Assembly (NCBI RefSeq): GCF_006345805.1
Contig: NC_043017.1
Location: 33,666,001 to 33,730,000 of the forward strand
Length of the DNA stretch: 64,000 bases
From: Octopus sinensis
Lineage: Eukaryota
Direction: 5' to 3'
Position 1 is the stretch's first letter. Each line of letters opens with the position of its first letter. The notes below the pieces were generated by a model. It did not search any database, was not told the DNA's origin, and saw nothing but the letters and a program-made list of their open reading frames with translations. Shown here one piece after another: positions 51,331 through 64,000 of the stretch. The position numbers were made by a program, and so were the translations under genes.

Positions 51331-51585
51331 TCGCTAGATCACTCCATTGTGCAACTGAGACCCGAGTGTCGTTTTGGTAAGCCGAAAGCAGTCTTGGCAG
51401 ACACGCGTCTCATATCCAAATCTTCGGTGATAATGGACTGAACTGAAGAATTTCGAAATTGATGGTCATGTTCCTGCACGCCATTCCCAGGGATAACATA
51501 GGGAACAGATACTGATAGTACCCACGGATATTTTATCCCTTAGTCGGTTACTACAAGTGCTAACTCAATATATAATATATAATAT

Positions 51586-51868
51586 ATACAAAATTTAAAG
51601 GACTGACCACTCAAAAAGTGGACGGTCAACATGCTAGATATAGACGTCAAATCGCTATTTTCCACAAAGAATATGTTCTCAAATAAAAACTCAGCACAAA
51701 ACCAAAGCATTAAAAATAAGCAAGACAAATGAAAATATACGAAATATAAATGATTACGCATGAGTTTTTATTTGAGAACATATTCTTTGTGGAAAATAGC
51801 GATTTGACGTCTATATCTAGCATGTTGACCGTCCACTTTTTGAGTGGTCAGTCCTCTAAATTTTGTAT
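51586..51868. repeat. Near-perfect fold-back: 108 bp arms, 67 bp spacer
   Basis: 51586-51693 and 51761-51868 are reverse complements with one mismatch seen. Confidence 0.9.
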
Positions 51869-52005
51869 GTAAAAATATTTTAATCTTCGGATTTTATAAT
51901 ATGCTGGGCCACTGGTTTTAATTGATTAATATCAATTTCTACCCTTATTAAATTTTAAATTAATATATTATATATATATATATATATATATTATATTATA
52001 TATAT

Positions 52006-52036
<31 letters not shown>

Positions 52037-52056
52037 TGTGTGTGTATGTATGTATC

Positions 52057-52220
52057 GTTAGCCACTACACACATTTTTTCTCTCTTGTTTTTCTCTCCTT
52101 GTTTTTTCTGTGTCCCTTCCTGTCGAAGAGCGTAGGCTCGAAACGTAAAAGACTTTTTCTAATACATCTGTTTGTTTTGTACACCACCTGTCTTCGTCTT
52201 GTTTTTTTCATGAATCTTCC
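52057..52220 (+). mobile_element. Short repeat with an HHR-like motif (52116-52151), same family as 28071-28275
   Basis: ctgtcgaagagcgtaggctcgaaacgtaaaagac. Confidence 0.7.
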
Positions 52221-52424
52221 CTATATATATATATATATGCATGTATGTATGAATATATGTATGTATATATGGATACATACAAGCACACATCTGAGTGTAT
52301 ATGAATGCCTACATTATATTGACGTCATAGCGATGGCAATTTCATCCCATAAAATGTTAGCAAAGAAATAAATAAATGAAATAATAAGATGGATTCATTT
52401 CTAGTGACAGGGATTTACATCCTT

Positions 52425-52462
<38 letters not shown>

Positions 52463-52774
52463 TGCATCAAAATTACTTCAGTTTCTTCGTTTTCGTATTA
52501 AAGCACGCATACATTAAACTTGTGAAACTGAAATAAAATTCCCTGTATGCATACATAAAATTTGGGTTTTATAAACCAGTATTACCAACATGTGTTATGA
52601 AAATATCTATATGTCTTCAATGGAATATCATGAATTGGAAAACATATAATTCACGCATCATATAAATCTATGAAATGCTATTAATAGAATTCTTTCGTGA
52701 CGCCTAATAATTTAAAAATTACTCTCATTACACATATGATATGTATAAAGAGATACTATAACTGTAAGATAAAC

Positions 52775-52836
<62 letters not shown>

Positions 52837-52943
52837 GTTTGTAGGTAGGTAGATAGATAGAAAGATAGGTAGGCAGGTAGGTAGGTAGGTAGATAGGTAG
52901 GTAGGTAGGTAGGCAAATAGATATATAGATAGATAGATTGAAT

Positions 52944-53039
<96 letters not shown>

Positions 53040-53050
53040 GATGGATAGAT
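52775..53050. repeat. (GATA)n/(GGTA)n microsatellite abutting the LINE 3' end
   Basis: Direct tandem repeat. Confidence 0.95.
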
Positions 53051-54700
53051 ACGTTTCTTTATTAGTCACACAGAGTAGAACACAGCTTTTCGAAAGAAAA
53101 ATAAGAAAATAGTAGAAAAAAGTGGAAGAAAATAAATTTCCGATTAAAGGGCATCGTGAAAACAAACAAAAAAGCGATCAAAATGGATCGTGTGTCACAG
53201 AAAAGATGAAAAATATAGAAACCAGATTAGGTTTATCAGTGGAAAGAAAAGTCTACGTAAAAGACCACGGTAACCTCAGGTAGGTGGGGGGAATAGGACA
53301 GGAGAGCAAAGTGCTCTCTCTGTCTTTTTTCGTTTGTGTTTTCTGCGGGTATTTTGGTTTCGGGAGTGGTAAACCTCTCTGCTTTGTTTGCTTGTCTTTT
53401 TCTTTTCCCCCTTTTTCTCCTTCTCCCTGTGGCCAATTGCCAATCCCCTCTGTCGTCTTCATCTGACGACGTATCGGAGGAATCAGAAGGGGGTGGGGAA
53501 GGGTATTGGTGTCTATTTCTGAGTTTGCTGATTATTTTGTTGGTGTTGGTGCTGGTTAGTGACAATTGGGATTTGGTGTATATGAGTCCTTTCAGTTTTC
53601 TCTTTTTCCTTTGGAGTTGTTGTTGGTGGTGGTGATGTTTTTTCTGTTCTTGGTGGCGCTGATGGTGGTGTCGTTTGGTTGGGCTGGCTTGTTGGTTGCT
53701 GATGTTCCTTCATTTGTTTGTAGAGCTGTTTTTATCAATTGTGCATATGGCGGTGTGGGTAGCAGTGCTGGTTCTTTACTTGGTTTTTGTGGTTGTTTTT
53801 GTTGTTTTTGATCTTGTTGTTGTCGTTGTTGTTGCTGTTGTTGTTTCTGTACTAGAGGGCAATTAATTTTCAGGTGTGATTTGCTACCACAAACGCAGCA
53901 ATGTGGCCTTCTGTCTTCGACGGCGACATGCAAATTCGAATCGTCTGCTAGTTTGATTTGATGTGGAATTCTTTCCATGTTGATTGGATCAATTTCAGCA
54001 AAGATTTCCATTCCTTGACCAATACAATTTTGCTGGTCCAGGACAGCGATTCCCAAGATATGGATTGCCTCTTCGATATCGTATCAAATAGCAGACACAA
54101 GCCATTTTATTTCTATCTCGGCGGGGGTGACATCTTTGATTTTTTTTATTTTTATGACCCTACGACCAAGGTATGTAATAATCATCGTTAAGTTCTCGTA
54201 TTCAAAAGACTTTGAAGAGAGGCCTTGGCTCGTTCTTCACTGTTGAATCTAACTTCGATCGTGGGAATTTTTTCCCCTGGTGATGTAGTCTGTAAAGGCC
54301 CATATAGGCCTTAAACATTTTTCTACTGTTTCTTGGGTGGCAGTTTCGTAAAATTTTGTTTTTAGGTTGAGTGTTTTGTAAATAATTGTTTTTTGTTAAT
54401 TTCTTCTTTGCGGTGTTCGCAGTTGTATGATGTGTTCGTATTTTCTTAAATATTGACTTACAAGCAAGTAGTTCGACTTTCGAAATGGCCATGATTCGTT
54501 TATTCAGCTTTAAATCTGCGGTAAAATTGCTTTGTGTGTTCGTGTTTGTTGTGATGGTGGTAGCAGTAGTGATGGCGGCAGTTTATAGTAGCAAACGCTG
54601 TCTTTACCTCTTTGTTTGTATCTTCTAAAGCCTGTATGCGTTCAAGCGGTCGTTTTCAGCTCTGAATTTGGTAGAGGCGGAAGTCGATGGCTTCCTGGTT
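53051..54700 (-). mobile_element. Non-LTR element containing a gag-like ORF1 only (frameshifted), with AATAAA and an (ATCT)n tail
   Basis: CCHC knuckle RRPHCCVCGSKSHLKINCP (~53859-53900), then low-complexity Q/T/P and basic RRRKRGKRKR segments. No endonuclease or RT was seen between ORF1 and the tail. Confidence 0.7.
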
Positions 54701-55333
54701 TGAACCAAATTGCAAGTTAGAACAACAACAGATAAGAAGTGCATCTTCTAAGTGGACATGTCACTAAGGGAAATGTCAGACGTAGTCACTGGCGATAAGA
54801 GGACAGTTGGGAACTCTTGTTTAGGCCATAAGATCCCTCAACAGCACAACAATTGTACCACCTTATCTCCTTTCCAAAGGGAACGAAACATACAAAAACG
54901 AGTGGGTCACATTTATGGTGAAGATCATTTATATAAATTTAGGGAACATGAACGACGAGAAATCACCAAGAGCGACCAGCAGCATGTCTTTATAAGTCAT
55001 ATTCGAATCAATTCTCTTTGTTCATAGGCAATCTCCAGCAAAGTGTTTCAGCAAAGTTTGTTCTATTCTCTGCTCAAATCTATAAAGTATGAATGGATGT
55101 ATCTCAAAACACGACGACAAGAATTTATGCTCTTTTGAAGATTTCTACCAAAGAACACAATGAGCATATATAGCCTACAGCAATAGGAACTAATGTGCTA
55201 AACAGCTTTACTGAAATACAAGTAGAAATATTAAGCAACACACTCACACACACATACACACACATATATACATTCGTACACACATATAAGTATGCGTACA
55301 TATATACATATACATGCATAAGTATATATAGAA

Positions 55334-55366
<33 letters not shown>

Positions 55367-56380
55367 CACAAATATATTTACATATACATATATGTGTGTG
55401 CGTGTGTGTGTATACATACAAACACACACATTCATAGTTACAAACCATTAAGAATCTATGCGTGGATGTGCTTGTATGTGTTCCTCTGTGTGTGTGCGAA
55501 TGTGTGAATGTGCACTGGTGCCTGTGTGTAGGGGTGAAGTCTGTATATGTATCAATGTATGCATTTAAATATATAAAAATTTGCTGTGACCATAAATATA
55601 TGATTCACAGGCAAATATATTCTTTTCAGTTCATGCAAATCACGAAATTAGGTCCGAAACATAATTTCTTTCGTATTTTCTCCTCCCCAGATCTTTATAT
55701 ATATTCATTGCCAAATGTGTATACATATTTGATAAACTGTTTTAAATGGGTCCACTTGTAAAAAGAGTCCCAATATACACATGGGCCATTCACTGAGCCG
55801 TCCTAGAGAGAGAGTGTGTGTGTGTATCTGGCTGTTGAACCATAGTGGCTGTTGATACGGTGAGACTAACGTATAATTGATAAAGTTGGAATGTATGCAG
55901 TTCATTTTATGAACTTGACTTACCAACACTCTTTCGGTTCATTTCTGTAAAAGTAACCTACCCGTATAATCACGGATCTAATAGCACAATAAAGCTTAAT
56001 ATACGTTGGTTGTACATTGTCATTCAAATATTCTTTCTAATTGCTGGCTCAAGGTCAGCAATGTTCAGGGGTTGAGTACAGTCGATGACATCGACCAGAC
56101 TTCTCGACAGATGCTTTAATTTATATTCGATGAAAGGAAGGAAAGCAAAGTCGGTTTCGGAGGAATCTGAACTCAAAACGTAGACAAACGAAAGGAATGC
56201 TGCTAAGCCATTTACCTGTTCTGCCAACAATTCCACCTCTTTATAATATATTTGCATATACTTACTACGTTATATGCTATAATATGTGCATGCGTATATG
56301 TCTGTATTTGTATGTGTGTGAGTGTCTGTGTATAATATGCATAAACACAGAGAATAAATGTGTGTGTTTGTGTATATATT

Positions 56381-56753
56381 CTTTTACTTGTTTCAGTCAT
56401 TTAACTGCGGCCATGCTGGTTTAGTCGAGCAAATCGAACCCAGAGCTTATTCTTTATAAGTCTACTACTTATTTTATCAGTGTCTTTTGCCGAACCGCTA
56501 GTTTACGGGGACATGGATGCACCAGCATCGGTTGTCAAGTGATGTTGTGGGAACAAACGCACACACACACACACATATATATATATGTATATATGACGGG
56601 TTTCTTTCAGTTTCCGTATACTAAATCCATTCAAAGAATGGTTTGCCCGAGGCTATAGCAGAAGTTACTTGCCCAAGGTGTCACGCAGTGAGACTGAACA
56701 CGGAACCATGTGGTTAGTAAGCAAGCTACTTACCACACAGCCACACATGCGCC
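56381..56753 (-). mobile_element. SINE family A, near full-length
   Basis: Head and tail are colinear with 6666-7067. Confidence 0.9.
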
Positions 56754-57340
56754 AATATATGTATTTATTTATATAAGAGATGGCTGTGTGGTAAAAAGGT
56801 TGCTTCCCAAACACATGGTTTTGGTTTTGACAAGTGTCTTCTAATATAGCCCCGGGCCATCTAAAACCTTGTAAGTGGATTTGATATATATTATATACAT
56901 ATATAAAGTAGTCAGATCAAAAAACCATCTTCATATAGGCAGTTACTTTGTATCATGTATGTACACTGCTGGTATAGTTGACATGAAGTGAATGATATTT
57001 GATCAAAACATTTATTACACGGCGTATGTTATACACTTCGTTGTATATCGATTTCGATGTAAATTTCTATAAGGTGACAGCAACTATGCTATTCACCGTT
57101 TAACAACGAAGGTTTCTGTTATGAGATTTAGATTAATAGGTGTAGGGAACGGAGAGGGTAATTTCGTACTACATATGTTTCAAAGCCAATCTGGACCTGG
57201 TTTATGTCAAAAATAATGTAACATATTCAGCTTAGATCTTTTCATGAGGTACAGTTACATGTGTGTTTGAAGATATACATACACGCATTCATACGTACAC
57301 TCACGCACGAACAGGCGCGCACACAAACACACACACATAT

Positions 57341-57754
57341 ACTCTTTTACTCTTTTACTTGTTTCAGTCATTTCACTGCGGCCATGCTGCAGCACCACCT
57401 TTAGTCGAGCAAATCGACCCCGGGACTTATTCTTTGTAAGCCCAGTACTTATTCTATCGGTCTCTTTTGCCGAACCGCTAGGTGACGGGGACGTAAACAC
57501 ACCAGCATCGGTTGTCAAGCAATGCTACAGGGACAAACACAGACACACAAACACATACACACACATATATATATATATATACATATATACGACAGGCTTC
57601 TTTCAGTTTCCGTCTACCAAATCCTCTCACAAGGCATTGGTCGGCCCGGGACTATAGCAGAATACACTTGCCAGAAGATGCCACGCAGTGGGACTGAACC
57701 CGGAACCATGTGGTTGGTTAGCAAGCTACTTACCAGACAGCCACTCCTGCGTCT
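57341..57754 (-). mobile_element. SINE family A, full-length
   Basis: Colinear with 62100-62530. Confidence 0.92.
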
Positions 57755-58090
57755 ATATTATAATATATATATATATATATATATACATACATTGAAATAT
57801 GTTTGTTAAACATGTGCGTATATCCCACTTATGATGAGTTATGCTCGTGGCATAGTCTGCTTCGCCATCCGATGGATTTATATTCGCAGAAGTATATTCC
57901 ACATCTGATGCTCATAACGTTTCAAATTCCGTCCTGCCTTTTGATTAATCGTTTACATTGCAATTAAATAAGTTTCCTCTACAAGGCTCATCTAAATAAT
58001 ATCAAATCAAATATGGCTAGCAATTACACAACAGAAATAGAACGTCGTTTATACAATAGCCTCAGGACATGTTTATATGTAACTTCCATA

Positions 58091-58688
58091 AGGCGGCTAG
58101 CTGGCAGAAACTTTAGCGCGCTTAGCGGTATTTCGACTGACGTTACGTTCTGAGTTCAAATTCCGCCTAGATCGACTTTGCCTTTCATCCTTTCGGGGTC
58201 GATAAATTAAGTACCAGTTACGCACTGGGGTCGGTGTAATCGATTTAATCCCTTTGTCCTTGTTCATCCCCTCTGTGTTTAGCCCCTTGTGGGTAGTAAA
58301 GAAATAGGTATTTCATCTGCCGTTTCGATTCTGAGTTCAAATTCCGTCGAGTTCGACTTTGCCTTTCATCCTTTCGGAGTCGATAAATTAAGTACCAGTT
58401 ACGCACTGGGGTCGATGTAATCGACAACCTGTTTGTCTGTCCTTGTTTGTCCCCTCTATGTTTAGCCCCTTGTGGGTAGTAAAGAAATAGGTATTTCGTC
58501 TGCCGTTTCGTTTCTGAGCTCAAATTCCGCCGAGGTCGACTTTGCCTTTCATCCTTTCGAGGTCGATAAATAAAGTACCAGTTACGCACTGGGGTCCATG
58601 TATTCGACTTAATCACTTTGTCTGTCTTTGTTTGTCCCCTCTATGTTTGTCCCCTCTATGTTTGTCCCCTTGTTGGCAATAAAGAAAT
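58091..58688 (+). mobile_element. SINE family B trimer (one head, three body units)
   Basis: The B box and central domain occur three times, joined at gaaataggtatttc. Possible degenerate TSD tgtaacttccata / tgcaatttccata. Confidence 0.88.
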
Positions 58689-60544
58689 ATATATGCAATT
58701 TCCATATTTTATGAACGAAATGCTTCCTTATGAGAACAATAGATTCCAAGGCCTTTAAAGAAAAACATTTTGGTAAAGTAAGAAGCCAGTGTTTATCAAT
58801 AGTCTTGTTGCCATTGGCACGCGTATGGTAAGCTTAGTCCAATGATTCTTCGTGCCCACAAAAAACATCATGAGTAAGCAACCAGCCTTCGTCAAGTTTA
58901 ATATCAATCATTATTAAATGTTTATGTAGGTTTATAAATAATTACTATTATTTGTTTTTATTTATTTTAATTATTAACTTTTTAATTTTAGAAGCGACTT
59001 TTTTTATACGATACATATTGCATTATATTTTATTCACCGTTTTTATTTTACTTTTGAAGCTTAAAAAAACATAGTTATTACTAAATAATGGGTCTCTATT
59101 ATTAAACCATAAAATAATAAAACAAAATAGAACAAACTAGAACGCAAAAAAAAAACTTAAATAAATAAAATTTATACACCGAGGAATATAATAGCCATAT
59201 TACAGTGTAATATGAAAATTAAAGAAATGTGAAACCAAACACAAATAACAAAAAAAAAGACAAAGCAAAACCATATGAGATGAATGGTTCATTGGTCATA
59301 GTAACTAACCGACAACCATAAAATTGGTACTTTTTATGCTGATTTCCTATCATTTTCGTTTCTTTTTGTTTTCGTTATGAATTTTGTGTCCATTAGACAC
59401 AGAGCATTTCGGTTGAATGGTTCCTACCAACATGAACATATGATGGACGTTTGAAATAAAACTGACTCAGTCTGATGGTTATGATGCCACCGTGACCTTT
59501 CCTAGGATGAAGCAATTGTGTAGAAACTGTAGAAATTTAAAACTAATCATTTCATTCTAAAGATTAAAGTTACGTTTGTTGTAAACGGCATACGAAACAA
59601 GTTAATTCATTTGACCCCAGTATATACCTGGTACACGTTTTATTGTCGAATGCGAAAAATAAACACCCACTTCTTCCCAACTACAGAATAACCTCTGATA
59701 GACAGTGCACAGAACTTAGAAGCCTTTTTACTTGATTCCAGTCTTGTATTAGTACTATTATCAATTAGTCTTAACCTTTATTCTTAATAAAGTTTAATCT
59801 TTTCTATAATACAACTTTACCATTCGTGTAATTTGAACATAGATACATGACGAAATTAACCTGATGCCAAATTCCACTCAAGATAATTTTCTTGTAAAAA
59901 TTATTTCGATGTCATCTTCATACAAAATGCATATTTCGTTGGGCACTAATCATTTGAAAAATATGTGTCCGTACTAACTGATACTTGACCAAACAAGATG
60001 TTACTGAAGCAGACTAATAGATTTGAAACATATGTCACGAGATTTATATTGTATTAATCATAGATGTTAATATTTAATTAATTCAATAATCTTGTTAATT
60101 GCATCAAAGTATAGAATCAACAATTGTGATTAGGTTTACTACCGAAACTAAACGATCACACCCAGCAACACATATACTATCACCCGTCAAACAATACAGA
60201 GACTGCGTGTTTCTTAGAACATTTACCATTACAAATGTTTCGTAATTTCTGCTCACGTGCAATATACTAACAGTGACAATTGTTAGAAAATTCAGTGTCC
60301 AAGTAGATTGCATTAAAAATGAAGGTGTGATCATTTCTGAGGTAGCTCATGTACAACAGAACTCGAAAAGCAAAAAAAAAAAAGAAACCAAGTGAACCCA
60401 GAAGAAGATTAGCAAACATTTATATCCAACATAATTCCAATCAGCCACGGTGAACCACAATGTAAGAAACAGGTGTGTCGACAACTACTTTATCACATCA
60501 AATTTTACAGTAATTTCCATCGTTCAGCAACATGGATACTACCT

Positions 60545-61879
60545 ATTTCTTTACTACCCACAAGGGGCCAAACACAGAGGGGACAAACAAGGACAGACAA
60601 ACGGATTAAGTCGATTACATCGACCCAGTGCGTAACTGGTACTTAATTTATCGACCCCGAAAGGATGAAAGGCAAAATCGACCTCGGCGGAATTTGAACT
60701 CAGAACGTAGCGGCAGACGAAATACCTATTTCTTTACTACCCACAAGGGGCTAAACACAGAGAGAACAAACAAGGACAGACAAACGGATTAAGTCGATTA
60801 CATCGACCCAGTGCGTAACTGGTACTTAATTTATCGACCCCGAAAGGATGAAAGGCAAAATCGACCTCGGCGGAATTTGAACTCAGAACGTAGCGGCAGA
60901 CGAAATACCTATTTCTTTACTACCCACAAGGGGCTAAACACAGAGAGAACAAACAAGGACAGACAAACGGATTAAGTCGATTACATCGACCCAGTGCGTA
61001 GCTGGTACTTAATTTATCGACCCCGAAAGGATGAAAGGCAAAATCGACCTCGGCGGAATTTGAACTCAGAACGTAGCGGCAGACGAAATACCTATTTCTT
61101 TACTACCCACAAGGGGCTAAACACAGAGAGGACAAACAAGGACAGACAAACCGATTAAGTCGATTATATTGACCTCAGTGCGTAACTGGTACTTATTTAA
61201 TCGACCCCGAAAGGATGAAAGGCAAAATCGACCTCGGCGGAATTTGAACTCAGAACGTAGCGGCAGACGAAATACCTATTTCTTTACTACCCACAAGGGG
61301 CTAAACACAGAGAGGACAAACAAGGACAGACAAACCGATTAAGTCGATTATATTGACCTCAGTGCGTAACTGGTACTTATTTAATCGACCGCGAAAGGAT
61401 GAAAGGCAACGTCGACCTCGGCGGAATTTGAACTCAGAACGTAGCGGCAGACGAAATACCTATTTCTTTACTATCCACAAGGGGCTAAACACAGAGAGGA
61501 CAAACAAGGACAGACAAACCGATTAAGTCGATTATATTGACCTCAGTGCGTAACTGGTACTTATTTAATCGACCGCGAAAGGATGAAAGGCAACGTCGAC
61601 CTCGGCGGAATTTGAACTCAGAACGTAGCGGCAGACGAAATACCTATTTCTTTACTATCCACAAGGGGCTAAACACAGAGAAGACAAACAAGGACAGACA
61701 AATGGATTAAGTCAATTATATCGACCCCAGTGCGAAACTGGTACTTATTTAATCGACCCCGAAAGGATGAAAGGCAAAAGTTGACCTCGGCGGAATTTGA
61801 ACTCAGAACGTAGCGGCAGACGAAATGCCGCTAAGTATTTCGCCCGGCGTGTTAACGTCTCTGCCAGCTCGCCGCCTTA
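60545..61879 (-). mobile_element. SINE family B heptamer: one head plus 7 x 183-184 bp units inside one 16 bp TSD
   Basis: cctatttc unit starts at 60542, 60725, 60908, 61091, 61275, 61459 and 61643. TSD aacatggatactacct at 60529-60544 and 61880-61895. Confidence 0.93.
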
Positions 61880-62099
61880 AACATGGATACTACCTTTAAA
61901 CAAACTATTCCTCACAAAGTGATCAGTTAACTAAAAACACGTAAGTACACAAAGCACTATAACCAAACCATCATTTTGATTATTTCCTTAAACTGTTTCA
62001 AGCATCAGAAAATCAAAAGAGTACCCAGCAGAACAATACTAACAGGATCTTACAAAAATCACCAGTATGCACATAAAAGGAATTATTAAATATATTAGC

Positions 62100-62265
62100 A
62101 GGCGCAGGAGTGGCTGTGTGGTAAGTAGCTTGTTTACCAACCACATGGTTCCGGGTTCAGTACCACTGCGAGGCACCTTGGGCAAGTGTCTTCTACTATA
62201 GCCTCGGGCCGACCAAAGCCTTGTGAGTGAATTTGGTAGACGGAAATTGAAAGAAGCCCGCCGTA

Positions 62266-62308
<43 letters not shown>

Positions 62309-62530
62309 GTGTGTATATGTTTGTGTGTCTGTGTTTGTCCCCCTAGCATTGCTTGACAACCGATGCTGGTGTGTTTATGTCCCCGTTACTTAGCAGTTCG
62401 GCAAAAGAGACCGATAGAATAAGTACTGGGCTTACAAAAGAATAAGTCCCGGGGTCGAGTTGCTCGATTAAAGGCGGTGCTCCAGCATGGCCGCAGTCAA
62501 ATGACTGAAACAAATAAAAGAGTAAAAGAG
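62100..62530 (+). mobile_element. SINE family A, full-length
   Basis: aggcgcaggagtggctgtgtgg (A box), ggttcagtacc (B box), ccttgggcaagt and an (agtaaaag)n tail. Confidence 0.92.
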
Positions 62531-62565
62531 AGTAACAAATGTTTTCTGACACTCCGTCGGTTACG

Positions 62566-62865
62566 ACGATGTGGGTTCCAGTTTTACCGATAAACGGAAT
62601 AGCCTGTTCGTGAAATTAACGTGCAAGTGGCTGCTCACTCCACAGGCACGCATGCCCCTAACGTAGTTCTCAGAGATATTCAACGTGACATAATGTGAGA
62701 ATGCTAGCCCTTTCAAATACAGGTACAACTAACTTTTGCTAGCTTAGCAGACTGGAGCCACATGAAGTAGAGTGTCATGCTCAAGGACACAACGCGCTGC
62801 CGGGAATCGAACTTGTTGCCTAACGATCGTCTGCAGAATACCCTAACAACTTAACCAAGCGTCAC
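62566..62865 (-). mobile_element. SINE family C tail plus an adjacent degraded tRNA-SINE head
   Basis: Reverse complement of the 34950-35095 tail; gctcaaggacacaac..gggaatcgaac. Confidence 0.65.
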
Positions 62866-64000
62866 GTGATATATTATATTTCAAAGCAGACCGCTACAGA
62901 GAATCAGACACCGCATTTCTCACACACCGGATAAACGCTCTCTACCATTAAGCTCAGTGACTGGTCTTTTAAATCTGAAAATGTAGATTTTAAAACAGCA
63001 AAATTAGTCTAGCAATTTCATACAAACAAACTCATTCCTATCCAAACTCTCAGTAACGAGGCACCGAGGGAGCTTTTATGCATGAGATCAATGTGCAATA
63101 AACAGCTGATAGATTAACCACAAATTATTTCCTAAAATTGTAAATAGGACACATATTGGTTTCAAATTTCGGCGCAAGGGTTAGGGTTAGGAAAACAGGG
63201 AATCGATTACATCAACCCCAAGGCTCAACTAGTACTTATTTTATCGACCGAAAATACGAAAGGCAAATTTGGCCTCGGTGGAATTCGAACACTGAACGCA
63301 AAGACGGACGAAATGATACTATGCATTTTGCCCGGTGTGGTAAAGATTCTGCCAGTTCACCGCCTTAAGAACTAGACCAAAACAAGCAGTACAACAGTCT
63401 CAGAATTAATCTAGAAAATTCCATACATGCTACCAATTGACATATTCATTGAAAATCTCATGTAAAGTATACAGAAGAGTTTTAACAATAAAATGATGTC
63501 AATTTTCACCATTTCATATGCTATTGACAGAAGTAAATATTTTGAAAACATTTCTCCCCAAAATCGTTATTCTAAAGCCACTTTAAAAATAATATACAAT
63601 AATGATGATAGAAATGTTTTAGAGATTATTATATCCACGTATATTTATATTATAACGCATGGACTCTGTGTACTTGGCGAAACTGTTGACCATAAGTTTT
63701 CGTTCTCACAAATACATATTTTAATTATATTTATACGATCACCTGACAAACCCGTAAAATAGACACAATTTCAAACAGATCGCACCTGATACTCCATTAT
63801 GCAGGCAACCTTTCAAAACATCGAGATACATTGTAAAATTTCTAAAGATCTAAACTAAATGCTCGTATCTGAACAATCGACCTTCTTTTATTCTTGCTAT
63901 CAGAAACAAGAAACACGAAATATTGCTAAACATCACACTAAACAATATAATAATGATGCCGAACTGAGAGAAGGAAATAAGCAACACAACTTCATTTACA

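Noticed and set aside
51445-51475. CTGAAGA-ATTTC-GAAA..GTC
   Set aside because: Stem I cannot form and stem II is absent.
60000-60045. CTGAAGC..GAAACATATGTC with a palindromic stem III
   Set aside because: A9 is substituted, and stems I and II do not pair convincingly.
60545-61879. Regular repeat array as a possible CRISPR array
   Set aside because: The units are contiguous 183-184 bp SINE bodies with no unique spacers, in eukaryotic DNA.

Overview
AT-rich, microsatellite-dense eukaryotic DNA. No host protein-coding gene could be confidently identified. The tRNA-derived SINE families and repeat landscape look like octopus (coleoid cephalopod) genomic DNA; this is inferred from repeat motifs, not from a database search. 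Most of the window is transposon debris: three SINE families, one near-complete and several partial mariner elements, R4/Dong-like non-LTR fragments sitting in (TAA)n, an ORF1-only LINE, and Penelope-like (PLE) GIY-YIG fragments. The most notable signal is a set of type I hammerhead ribozyme (HHR) motifs found by eye. Four distinct motifs have intact or compensated cores (4402-4479, 5127-5168, 10371-10416/11004-11049, 41393-41483), and several more are variant or decayed. They sit in PLE pseudo-LTRs or in ~0.2-0.5 kb non-coding units embedded in (TA)n. Several belong to fold-back (inverted) structures, including a palindrome with ~2 kb arms around a PLE endonuclease fragment and a circularly permuted 475-bp retrozyme-like unit. 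The PLE-HHR link is established biology; these particular families and architectures may be undescribed. Nearly all ORFs in the supplied track are microsatellite artefacts. Coordinates were counted by hand and may be off by a few bases.
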